Shown: positions 1 through 12,068 of the stretch, piece after piece
Position numbering within the stretch: the stretch's first letter is position 1
How the letters are laid out: every line of letters begins with the position of its first letter
NCBI RefSeq assembly: GCF_000181795.1
Contig: NW_003526941.1
Location: 2,104,232-2,168,231 of the forward strand
Origin: Trichinella spiralis
Taxonomy: Eukaryota
Length of the DNA stretch: 64,000 bases
Direction: 5' to 3'
Program-made: the position numbers and the translations under genes
Notes under the pieces: model-generated
Told to the model about the DNA's origin: nothing
Seen by the model: only the letters and a program-made list of their open reading frames with translations
The model's database searches: none

Positions 1-2471
1 CTCGACATTGACACCCAGGTGAGCAGACGTTTCGACCAACGGCGCCAATGAGCGCAGTTCCCGCCTTCCAAGCAGTCGGTCCAACGCTTTCAAGCTTCTC
101 TCGTCGGCTCGGTCGTGTTTTGTAGTGGCCAACACCACGGGCTTTTTGGTCTTCAACGCATTTTGCAGAACTGCAAGCACAAATTCGCACTGCCGTTCGG
201 CACTTCTACCAGCTACTGAACTGACATCGAACACGCATACAAATCCATCCACGTTCGTTCGACCTTCGGGCAATGTTCGTTGTTCATAATCATGTTCAAC
301 ACCTTCAACACACACACACACATACATATATACAAATTTGCATAATATAATATAATATAATATAATATAATATAATATAATATAACCCTTTTCCACTCTT
401 AAAATCATGTGAATTTATTAACATGCATTTCTTAATGTTCAAATATATGATGATCACTAAAAAACGCAAAACTATATTTACGAAAACAGTGAAATAATAA
501 ATTCTCAAGGAAAACTGTAAAGTTGCTTTGCAACAAGCAAACATGCATATATATATATATATATATGTATATACAAGGACGCCAATAAAGATGACCCAAA
601 ATTGAATCGATCAAAACTGCAAATCACACAAAAAGCTTTAATTAAAGGTTACGCATAATGTATGACATTATACGACCAGTTTTCGGCACATTCCTACAAC
701 AATGCAATGCACGAAGTGTCAAAATTGGTAACAAATTATTAATAAATGAAAACAAAACAAGACAATAATAGCAAAAGTCCAAATATGCAATTGATTGTTT
801 AAAATAATAAATATTATTCAACTTTTTATAAAATTTTGTACACTGTCATTTTAAAATTAATCATCATGCGAGACAAAAATAGTAGTTCAGATGTTCAACC
901 AAATAAGAAGTTTTATATAAAAATGAAAGAAGCCAAAAATAAATAAACAAACATATAAAAGCATCAAAAGCCCAAAATGTGTGAAAATTTTGACACGCAT
1001 CACCAGTCGAAAAATGCTTTATCGACTGATTAGCACCGACATAAAGCAAGCAACAAGAGAGAGAAATTCAATGAGCCGAAACAAATTGCCGCTTTTTCAA
1101 TCGGAAAAAAATTCATAAATGCAATATCAAAACGTTTGCAGCTTGTTTTTTTTATTCATGCAACAATTCTCATAACAAACCATCAATCATATTTACTTTT
1201 CATAATATTTTTTCCATTTTCTCATTTCTATTCAAATCAAATTTGCAAGATGATATGAAAAATTCATCGAATCCACTTTGTTTGATAATTTTCAATTTTT
1301 CAAATGAGATGAAGAAGAAGAAGAAGAAGAAGAAAAGCATTACTGATAAATCAAACGATGAATAATAGAAATAAGCAACACAATAAACGCCCAGACGAGA
1401 CGAATCAACAAAATAACCCCCCCCCCCCATTTACACACAACAACGTTTCACTTTAAATCATGTTTGATTTGAAAAAGAAAAATATTCATACATTAAAATC
1501 ATTACAAAAGTATAGAGAAGAAAGAAATACCGCTTCTTCATCTACTTTTTATTTACATAACGCATTCCTCAGTTGATTGTAATCAGCTTATCGAGATGAA
1601 TCAGTTTCAATTGTTAAACAAACATGGCCATGGCTGAGCAATTCAAACAACGAATAAGACACTTGCAATCAACGTGAATGTAGAATAAATCTACATTATT
1701 ATTCCCTTCCAATAACCTCAGCGAAAGCAGTTGCGAAAAATTGTCCACTGCAATACAAAATACCTCACTGATTATGCACATGCATCCCTACCCCTCAGTA
1801 GACAAATATGAACCATTGAAACGTAATGGAGATCGAGTGAGTGGATGTTGGAATTCGGAAAAGGATTGAAATGATCAATTCAACTTACCTAGTTGGTCTT
1901 TGCAAATGTACATTAGCTTGTCTGGTGAATGGAGCTTCAAAGCTGTACTGCGCTTGGGGTAGGGTTCACGTTGACTGGCGCTACCTCTGAGCGGTTGAAA
2001 AGCTTCGTCGTCGACAAATTCGGTCTGTTCGACTATACGAAACGCCAACTCGGCACCGCTTTCCACAAGCATCGACCTCTCGCCCCAGTAGAGCCAGTGG
2101 TCGTTGTTCACCACCCGGCCGCCGAAATCCACTGGCGACAACGCGCTTATGTGTTCTGCGCAGTAGTCGTCTTCCAGAGGTCTGACGAATCGATTGCAAA
2201 GGCAAGATTTACCAACACCGGCCACACCCTTTTCCCGTTCCGAACCGCTCAAGCCGACCACGGCGACGGTAAACAAACGGCCGCCGTTCACGTTGGTACC
2301 CGAACTGTTGCTACTGTTGCCCTGCAAGCTGCCGCTGGCCGTCGCTGTGGAGCATGGCAAGCTCACGTTGCTGCCCAGTGGAGCAACTTTCTTCTGCATT
2401 GAACGACCAGCCGGCAGGCGCCTGCTCGCCGCCAGCAACCGCTCCTCCTGCTCGGATGCACCGCTGCTCAT
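1..2471 (-). CDS. p190 RhoGAP (ARHGAP35/ARHGAP5 family), N-terminal GTPase domain; partial, continues past the left edge. Coding exons 1889-2471 (acceptor at 2516) and <1-302
   Basis: Exon 1 encodes [28 protein letters not shown]...[17 protein letters not shown]...[11 protein letters not shown], characteristic of the p190 N-GTPase. A phase-1 GT-AG splice joins it to [28 protein letters not shown]...[14 protein letters not shown]...[12 protein letters not shown] (G4/G5-like motifs). The start ATG at 2471 is tentative. Confidence 0.93.
308..384. repeat. (AC)n and (TAATA)n simple repeats in the p190 intron
   Basis: An acacac run at about 308-322 and about eight tandem TAATA units at about 343-384 are directly visible. 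Confidence 0.9.
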
Positions 2472-2706
2472 CCAATCGTCGCTCCTCAACGTTCGCGCAT
2501 TGCCTGTTAACAACGTCTAAAAAATCTAAATATTGAAGAAAAAAAAGGCATTAAATGATCAACATACTGAATAACAAAAAATTAATGATTATCAGATTTT
2601 GTTTTCTCAATTTGAATAGTGGATGTTTAGCAAGAAAAAAAAACTCAGTCTGTCTGCAGTGTGAGAAAGTACACTACACCGCATAACAACAAAGAATGCA
2701 AAACAT

Positions 2707-2752
2707 CACACCACCACCACCACCACCAGCAGCAGCAGCAGCAGCAGCAGCA
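2707..2752. repeat. Compound trinucleotide repeat (CAC)n(CAG)n
   Basis: The run caccaccaccaccaccaccagcagcagcagcagcagcagcagcaa is directly visible. Confidence 0.9.
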
Positions 2753-5253
2753 ACTTGAACTTGTTCATAGGAGCGGTTATGCTGTCCTGTGACGACGCAA
2801 CCGGTATTGCCTTGGTCGACAAGCACAACCGGAATAGCATTGCCTACAGTTTACCAAAATAACGGCCTGACTAATTTGGTTAGCTATAGTAAAGAAATGA
2901 AAGAAAAATATTCAAAATTAATTTGAATATGAAAAATTAACAGATGAAGATAACAGAAATATGAATATTTGAAGAAATACAATACAATCCATTGTAACAA
3001 CATGCAGTGTGAATGAAACAATAAAATTGAAACAACAACAATAAAAAATCTAAAATTAGCTTTTTTATGATAAAAAAAATAAATAACTTCTCTCCTAGGT
3101 TAAAAATGCACTTGTGTTGTAATTGTTTAGCATAAAGTGGAATGAAGAATGTAGTAAGGAACGAGAAGTGAAGAAAGATGGTGAAAAGAAGGGGGAAAAT
3201 GGAGAGGGAGGGGAGGGGGGAGAGAGAAAGCGAAGAGAGGAGAGGAGAGGAGAGAAGAGAAAGTAAGAAAAGAGAACGAAGATTGAATAAAGAGACAGAC
3301 GCTTTTGCTTGACAACTGCAAGCACGCAAGCAAAGCGAGACAGCCAAGCCACGTCATCATTATTATCATCGCTTGCGCGCTATTTCAACCGATCGAAGCC
3401 TGCCGGCAAGCAGGAAGCAAAATTTTTCTCTCTTCCACTGGTCGGTCCACTTGGATTCATCATTCATTGTTCTTGCAACAGCTTAACAGCTGGTTGATCA
3501 CATTTTCATATTTATATTCCATTCGCACATATTATCTCTTCTTCTGTTTGTTCTCTTTTCAACCACAATCTTACATTCAATCGCATTGAAACAGATCATT
3601 TTATGTAAAATAATTAAACAATTTCACCCATTTTATAAAACAAATATGATAAAAGATAATCTTCGCTGGAAGTGAATTAATCATCTCAAAATGAAACGGC
3701 TACGCTACAGGCTAAAATATTCAAACGGCTACAACTAATTTGAACTGAACCATTAATTCAGTTTTCCGCGAAAACAAAAATGCTAATTAATAAAATAATC
3801 GGCAACAGTTTTGAATACATTTTTCAAATTAAATACTGCAAAATATGATGCAAGTGGACAAATCGTAGCTTCACAAATACTCCCCCTCCCCCCCCCCCCA
3901 TCCTACCCCTCAACGCCCCCTCTCCACATTTTTCAACAATGCGTTGGATGTGAAAAATTTTTCTACCATTTTTTTCCTTTCCTTTTCAAGCTTCTTTTGT
4001 TTGTTCAAATTCAAATGTCAGCGAAGAAAGAAATTTGTCCTGGGAATCGATACGTGTCGCAATAAATCACAAATTCGACCGATTAAATTACGCTTCAATG
4101 GCACCATCGAAAGCTGGCAAAAGAAATGGCCAAGTGAAGTTGGCGCGACAGAAGCGCGCCACCGGATGCGCGGCTGTGGTGGTGGTGGTGGTGGTTTGCT
4201 TAATTCGTTATTTAAAGATGCTTCCAAACGAGGAAAAGCATCGATCTTCAAACGAGAAAACTTTCTGCCAAACAAGCAAAACCAAGCCGTTTGCCACTAC
4301 ATGCTCGAAAGAATGACCACCACTTTGGCGAAATTGAAAAACCACTGATGGAACAATAAAATAAAATTTTAAAAAAAGCCAAGTAAATTGACAAAATTGA
4401 AATTGAAAATGCCAGCCAAATCAGTCGACCGTAAAGTGATTCTGCGTCTCGTTGGGGCGTTGCATAATTTAACATTGAAAAAAAAACCTCTCAAAACTCA
4501 TAAAACGTTTGCTCTTTAAATTCATTTTTTGAAACATAATTTACCAAACAAATCAATTGATCCTTTCATGCACCAAGCTTTCAAAAAAATAAAAATAAAA
4601 TAATAATAGCTTTCAAACTGAAATCAATACTTCTCAAGATGACATGATTTAAAACGCCTCCTTTTATCTATAATTTCTGATACCTTTCACATTCAAAACT
4701 TGTCAATAGATCGAATTGCTTAAATGTAGTCTAATTTATTTATGATTTTTTTTCCAATTCAATACTAATTTTTCAAAATGTGTCTGGACGATGATGGAAG
4801 AAAACGACAGAACATATAATTCAACTGGAGAATATCATATGAATTAATTTCTTTTTTCATTAATTAATATTTATTTTGAAAATTATTATCAACTTTCCGC
4901 AAAACTTTCAAACTACTTCATAACAACTCTCTCCGTACACCACAGTATTTTCAAAAATGAACTTTACATTTCTAAAAAATAAAACAATCTCATCTAATAA
5001 TTAATAAATTTAAAAAAAAGAAATACATAATTTAAAAATTAAATTTTTTCACTTCTTAAAATAAAAAAAAAACACATCAAATATTTGATGATGCAAATTA
5101 CAACATTAATTACCTGAACATTTTTTAATTTAACTATTATAGTATAAAAAGTTGACCAATCATTCGATGAAATTTTCTCGCCGCAGCACGTGTTTCTTTA
5201 ATCCTTTTAGCACACGTTTTAAAAGTTCGTTTCTTTTTACTATAGAAAAAGTT

Positions 5254-5631
5254 ATGGAGAAGAACAGTGAAGAAATTGCTGTAATTCCCAAGGGGGATAT
5301 TTGGCTGAACTGGCCTTGTTTGGGGGATCAGGTCACCAACATGCAGATCATCAACACCGGCAACAGGCCGCTTGCTTGGCAGTTAAGCTCGAATCATGAA
5401 GAGCGATACCAGTTCATGCCTTCGAGGGGTTCCTTGTTGGGCAACAGTTCGGTGAAGGTGTGCATTACGGTGAAAGCGTTTTCGTTGGAAGCAGAAAACT
5501 TGGAACTGATCGACGACGAGATCATCGTCCAGTGGGTTGAAGATAGAGAACAACGCGCCAAGTTCAATCCCAAACTGTTCGACCAGGCCAAAGCGAAGTG
5601 GAAATCGGTCCGCGTTCGTTACAATGCTTGA
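5254..5631 (+). CDS. Intronless major sperm protein (MSP)-domain protein, 125 aa
   Basis: Length and pattern follow nematode MSP: LNWP..., MQIINTGNRPLAWQL, PSRGSL, VCITVKAF, DDEIIVQW, ending VRVRYNA (MSP ends IEYNP). No TM tail, so it is not a VAP. An acceptor-like tttttactatag lies just upstream of the ATG. Confidence 0.85.
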   Translation: MEKNSEEIAVIPKGDIWLNWPCLGDQVTNMQIINTGNRPLAWQLSSNHEERYQFMPSRGSLLGNSSVKVCITVKAFSLEAENLELIDDEIIVQWVEDREQRAKFNPKLFDQAKAKWKSVRVRYNA

Positions 5632-5746
5632 ACTCGCCTCAGCTTATTATTATTGTTGTTGTTCTTATTTAACGCGATTATATATTTATTTATTTTTCGT
5701 TGTTTCATTTAAATTTCACTTTAAAACAAAATAAACATGATCTTAC

Positions 5747-5859
5747 CTGATTGGCGATTGAACGAACGAACGAACGAACAATGTGCAGTTGAGTGTCGGG
5801 AAATGCTTGTATTTATGAAATTTCGTCTCCTGCAACCGACCGCATACGGCACTTGCTGA
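5747..5859 (-). other. Putative non-coding 5' exon, probably of the p190 RhoGAP transcript
   Basis: On the minus strand it is bounded by a strong acceptor tttattttcag| (5860-5870) and a strong donor cag|gtaaga (5741-5749). No minus-strand coding gene lies between it and p190. Confidence 0.45.
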
Positions 5860-7287
5860 CTGAAAATAAATGAAAAAAAACAATAAACAAACAACTGATA
5901 TTACAGAGCGTTTCAGTAGAACGTGAATGAAAAGCTAAGAGCACGACGCGGTCGATAGAACGACAGCACAGACGTTGGCGAAGCATCATCATCTATATTT
6001 TCAGTCTGAAAATTTGTCAACCGCTCAAACCAGCTAACCAGACAATACGGGTCAATAAACGAAACAGTTGTCACGCTTTCCAAAGAGTGCGACCTCACCG
6101 ACAACCGATGATCAAGCCCAATTCGTCCAGCACCGTATGCTTTTCACTCGTACCGTTATTTTCTTTTTCTAGTATTGTTTTCTTGTTTATTTGTTTGTTT
6201 GTTTGTTTTTTATGTTTTCCGTTTCACGACATTCGCTTTCGCAGTAGAAAGTGAAAATCTTTTCCACAGCCAATTGACGCGCTGTGTCTTGGAACCGACC
6301 AAGGCGATGCTGATGGCCGGCACAGATCAATTTTGCTCAATTTAAATAATCAACGTGCGAAACAACAGATCCAGACCAGCGGCCCAACGCGGCCAAATAG
6401 CTGGCGACGGTACGCGCGGGAGCAGCCCGAAAATGAAAATGCGTTCAAATCGATTGCAGCCAAATTCGTCCCGTATGTTCATGCACACCACGCGAGAACA
6501 GATTTATCTCTTTAAACTGAAATATTCAGCGCTCCTCAAACCACCGAGACAACCGCATACCATTCAGCTAATCAAATTCAACTCGTCACCGTGACCAGCA
6601 GCGTTGCAATTTCCAATTCTATTGGCGACCATTTAACCACTTTACAGAAAGGCGTTCAAATTAAGAATAATAAAGTCTTACATAAGTGATACTGTAGAAT
6701 GTACCACTAATAAAAACAACTGTTTACAGTTTGCGAATATTAATAAAACATTATTCAACATAAAAACTCATATAAAATTTAATTTATTCATTAATTTTTT
6801 AATTTCAACAATTAAAATTATCAATTAATGAAATATAAGCGAAAAATAATGCACGCTTTGCAAGTTTGAATGCTGCATTCATTATTTATAAATAATTGCT
6901 AAATTTTAATTAAATTTATTTGATCTACATTTTATAAATTATTTTTACATGTAATTTCAAATGTAATTATAATTTAGACAATCATTATTTGATGTTATTT
7001 GATTAAAGTAAGTAGCACGGATATTCAATAATCTAAATATCGTTTATTTTTGCATTTTTAAGAATATTTAAAAAATTCAAAATTTCACTGCTTTGAATAT
7101 ATCATTTCAAATAGTTATTAAAGTCGGTTATTAAAAGAAATACAAAAATTCAAATAATTCTTGCTTTTCTTTACAGATTTCTGTAAATTTATTGATACCC
7201 TTTTTGTTTACATTGATTGTGGTTTCTTCAGAATTTAGATTTGTACCCCACTGTTTATATTTTGTCTCATGAAATATCTTTTTTTCA

Positions 7288-10078
7288 ATGGACAGAAGCT
7301 TAATTATCGAAAGTTTAACTGGTTTACGTATATCATTGATAATGAGTTCGTCAGATTTGATTGTCAATATCAAACAACGTATTGCAGAGCTGCATGGTAT
7401 GTCTGAAAATTTTCATTAATATATTAAAAGTGTATTGGATTTTCAAATTTAATGAGAAAAATATAAATTTATTTATTTCATTCTTATTACTTTTTGCAAA
7501 TGAAATTGATCAATTTTTGCACAAAGTTTCTCATTAATCAAACATGTCAAGACTTTGATTAGTTTTTGCACGAATTGAAAATTTTTACTTATCAAATGAG
7601 AATGCATGTACTTTTTTCACTATCTATCACTTTTAAATAATTTTTATGCCTTACTTTTATTCTGACGCTAGACCGGTTTTGTTGCACTCTTTTACTCTGT
7701 TTTATCATGCAGAAATGATACTTTTCTAAGTAGACAATATTTTGCTGTTTAAATATGAATTGAATTTTAAATCTTTCAAAATTTATTTATGCATTTTTAA
7801 ATAAATTATTAACAGTGGCATTTAAATGTATTTTTATATTGTATTAAAAAGGTAAATTTATTGTTGATATGGTAAATCTATTGGTTTTTCATAGATGCGA
7901 CATAGACATTTTGTATGTTCATACAATTTTTGCATAATATTTCATTTAAGAAATTGGTCATTGCAGTTTCCTGTTTCTGCTACTTATTAAGGGAGACCAT
8001 ATTTTGATGATTTATTAAATAACAGTGGTGAGTTTTACCCAAAACATTACATGTTATTTGGAATTTAAGGTGTTGCAACTGCTTCACAATGTTTAATTTT
8101 TAATGGGCAAGAATTGGACGACTTGCAAACACTGGGTTCGGCTGGTATTTTGAACGGTTCATTTATTCGCCTTGTTCTTCGCTCGCGTTCTGGTCCGATG
8201 AGTATCGTAGCAAGTAATTTGACAATTATTTTAAAAAGAAATTATAAAAAAAGTTGTTAATGTTGTTTTAGTTCCTCCTTCACCTACTGCAAAGTCTGCC
8301 CTATGTACAAATACACCGAAAAAGTGAGTATACGTATGAAATGAATATATGTATTGTTTTCTAATGTGATATGAGTTGCAGCGGGAACACGAAAGACCAA
8401 AGTGAAGTTGACAAGCCAGAAGTGACCAAACGTTTAATGTTTAAGCCTGGCACGTTTTTGGAAGATGAAGAAGACGCCCCTTGCAGTTATTTGAATTCGG
8501 AACATAAGAAAGATTCTGGCCGTTCGACACAAGATAGCACTCGAACAATTGAGCGTATTCGAGTTTTACGCTCTGTAATGGATCGTATGCGTTTGCAAAG
8601 GATGCACAAACGCACGCAAGCGACGACCGGTAATTTTGGTAAAGTTCTTACGAATGCAATAATTATTGTATAATTGGTTTAGCCACAGAATCAGTAAAAC
8701 CTACTTTTTCATGGCAAGGAGTGAATCGACCATTGTACCTTCGGGCTGCGTTGAATCCTGAAGACACAAGTGCTAAGGAAAGTTCTGCTGGTGAGACTGA
8801 ATTTGAAGAAGGTTCAGAATTTTTTGGTATTGGTGAAAAATTGCCAAGCAGTCGTTTGCCCTTGCGTTTCAAAACAGGCGAAGGGAAGAGATCGTATATG
8901 AACTCTGGGGCGAGGTTTCTTCGATCGAACTTTTCTGATGCAAGTTTGTATTCGAGCTGTTCTGAAAATGAGCAAGACAGTTCACAGCCATGCTCTACAT
9001 ATTTCAAATTGTCCAAATCAACAGCAGCTCGAGGAGATCAAGTGGTAATTTTTTTAGTCTTTGTAAAGTTCATTTGCATTTCTAATTGAATTTATAAAAA
9101 AAGCAAAGTTTATATCACTATGTATATTACATTTGTAGTATTATAAATCACGAGGAACTGCCGCCTACAATCGCAAGTGCGGTCGTTGTTGTTCAGACGA
9201 TGGAAGGTGTTGCGAATATAATGTTGAATTGCCAAGAACATCAAACTGTTGGATGCGGACACCAAATCCAGTGCATATACACACGGAAGATGAGGCCGAT
9301 GATTTGGACGATGCAGCTTCGGATCCCTCTGATTTCAGCTCTGATATGGTAGTGGCGCATGTTTACAGACGTTGCAAAGTTCGCCGACGTGTGCATTCGT
9401 CAAAACCTTCTCACAAACGTGCGGAAGAACCGACTTCTGAAGAATTATTGGAGCATGGAAATGAAGAAAGCTCTGGGAATAGTTCCAATTTTATCGACTG
9501 CCGACTTATGGTTCATCTGAGAACCAAGGCATTGCGTTCGGCGGCCAGTAGCGGCGGCAAAGACAGCAGCCCCTGCGATAGTTCAAGCGATGAAATGGAT
9601 TCTCTTTATTCAGAACGTTTTTTAAATGGTGTTTGTTCTGCATTGGAACGAAGTCGATTGACACCATCTCGAAAATATGTAAGTTTATTTATTTCTTTCA
9701 TTATTTGTTACAATATATATATATATATATTGTTGTTTAAAAGTCCAATATATGTATTTTTGCATATCTTTTTTAAAGATCACTGCCGATGGTTCTGTAA
9801 CTGCATCGACATCTACTGGTGTGAGCAACGTTGTACGTACAAGAAAACTGCCGCAGAGTTCTCAGTCACAACAGCGTTGTCACATGTGTGGATGTCGACT
9901 GACCATTTCCAGCGCAGCACAGTGTCGATGTGGCAAGACCCTTTGTGGTCGTCATAAAAGTGCAAAGCTGCATCATTGTATGGATAGTAGAGTAGTGGCC
10001 GAAGCTAGACATTATCCAGTTGACACTCAAGCGGATCGAAGTAGCGATTCCGACCTTGTGCCTCATAAAGTTTCCTAA
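7288..10078 (+). CDS. ZFAND4: ZFAND4/ANUBL1-like protein (N-terminal ubiquitin-like domain, C-terminal AN1 zinc finger), about 584 aa. Exons 7288-7396, 8070-8213, 8272-8323, 8382-8629, 8683-9044, 9139-9678, 9779-10078
   Basis: The spliced N-terminus MDRSLIIESLTGLRISL...IKQRIAELHGVATASQCLIFNGQELDDLQTLGSAGILNGSFIRLVLRSRSGP is ubiquitin-like. The C-terminal CHMCGCRL...CRCGKTLCGRHKSAKLHHC is an AN1 finger. All six introns are GT-AG with consistent phase (1755 nt total). Confidence 0.85.
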
Positions 10079-10371
10079 CATCTGTTATTCGATTTCCCGC
10101 AAAACGCGTGTACTCACTGACTGTATCCGCTAGTGAATATTTTTCAAGTAAATTTCTTTTTTCTTAATATTTTACTTTTTACATAATTGACTGAATTTCA
10201 GTAGTTTTTTGTAATTTTGCTACGCCGTATACTTTTTATTGCACAATGATGATTGTTAAATGCGCAACAAGAAATGCATGCCACAGAAATTTTTGTATTG
10301 TTTGTTTGTTAATTTTTTAATTAATGAACTTTTTCAATGGTCTTTTTTGTGGAATGCGTCGTGCAGATGAT

Positions 10372-12068
10372 CTAGGCGACGTTGCAGCCGGCTTTGCGAC
10401 GAATTTCCTTGTCAACTTTGAACGGCCTGCCATGGCCTGGGAAAATGACGTCACTGATGCAGAGAATGGTTCGACGGCTTTCTTGCTGCGCTTGTGGAAA
10501 AGTGGAAAAGCGTGACCAGATTGCATTGGCACCGAAATCGGCTTCGCTGATGAACAGATCACCTTGGCAGATTTAAATTTGTTAATGAATAGAACAACAA
10601 GAACAGATCCCGTCCGACGTTATATTAATAATAATTGGCATACCTGCAATTGCAACGGTTCCATAGCCGTGCACATTTTCTACCACCAACGTTAGATCAG
10701 AAGCAGTGTGGCCCGGAGTTGGATACAGTTTGCAGTGTTTACAAAGGCGAACATATTCACCTGGACCGTTCTGAAACTGAGGGTATGTTTATTTATTTAC
10801 ATTTTTATTGTATTTGTTTTTTTTGGAAGGGGAAGAATAGTAGGAGAAGGTTTGTTAAATCAGAATATGTAAAGAAAAGGTGAATTTGATAAATTACCAC
10901 GCCATCTCGATATTCGATGAATGTGTGCCCTTGCATACCAAGCCGACCGAACAAAACTTTCGCCTGAGTGAACAAATTTTGGTTTCCAGTGTGATCCGGA
11001 TGACCGTGTGTCAGAATCACATAATGTATGTTATTGGGTTGAATACCATGAATTGCTAGATCTGCAAGAAGTTAAAGTTTTGAATTTGATATGCTTCTTG
11101 ATTATGCTTCGATTCATGTTAACAGTGCTGAGGACTTAATTGTTTAAATCTTACTAGAGATAAGAATGTTGCGGTCAATAGCGATTCCTGTGTCCACTAG
11201 AATATTGCAGGAATTGTCTTGATTGTCTTTGACAAGCACAACTGTTGAGAATAGTCTGAAATTCGTTTGCTATTTTATGCAACAAAGAGGAAATAGTTGA
11301 AAATCTTCTTACTGATAAAGAGGGCTTTTGATAGTAATGTTTCCAATTGTAATTGGAATAACCATTGGGCCAGCTGCATATTCAGTATAGTTGGGCAGTG
11401 GTGAATAAACGGTTTTAAAATGCTTTTCCGGAAGTGGCAATGTTGGAAATGTATCTTGAGAAAAGGCAAAATCACTGGAACACTTCTTCATACTGTTATT
11501 TGTTTACTTACCAATAATTGTTCTGTTTGATGTAGTTAAAGAAGTGGTTGATTGTGTTTCAGTTTGTGTTGCTGTATTATTGTCTGAGATCATGAATGTT
11601 TTATCTATAATTAATGAGTGAAATTAATATTGAAGTTCAACATGATGGTTGTGATGAATAAATAATTCAACTATTCAATGTTTGCGATGGTGTAGCGATT
11701 GTAGGCTGCACTGTAGTGCTTGAAAGTTGCATGAAAGCACGGATTAGGTTTCTTGTATTGGAACCTGGTCTAGGAAGAATAATGGAACTTTCTAAATGAT
11801 AAATATTTTTGAAGATTGCCAAATTATTAGGTATTATTATTGGAATGAACTGCTAATGCAAGATTTACTGATATTATTAACGAATAGCAGAGTATTATTA
11901 TTGTGGTTTTTTAGTTTTACATACAATTTTCTAATGTACGTGAAAGTTGAATGTTAGTAATGATTAATTCTTGATTATACCTGATAATTGAGCCGAAGCA
12001 TACCAGTATAATGAAAAACAGAAAGCGACCAGATTGAAAATGAATCGCCGTGTTAAGCAGTGGTGCAT
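10372..12068 (-). CDS. MBLAC1/SWIP-10-type metallo-beta-lactamase-fold protein with N-terminal signal peptide and S/T-rich segment, about 343 aa. Exons 11981-12068, 11672-11791, 11512-11604, 11313-11454, 11155-11255, 10898-11061, 10644-10776, 10372-10562
   Basis: All MBL motifs occur in order: ILVDTG, THGHPDHTGN (HxHxDH), PTPGHT, AIAGDLF, IFPGHG. Phases are consistent across seven GT-AG introns (1032 nt). The 5' exons are less certain than the catalytic exons. Confidence 0.85.

Noticed and set aside
1929..2536. Plus-strand ORFs of 157, 108 and 60 aa
   Set aside because: Antisense shadows of the GC-rich p190 RhoGAP exon; no recognisable protein.
2937..3369. Hydrophobic Leu/Ser/Phe-rich minus-strand ORFs that look like membrane proteins
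   Set aside because: Translation of a GA-rich low-complexity tract; no splice or domain support.
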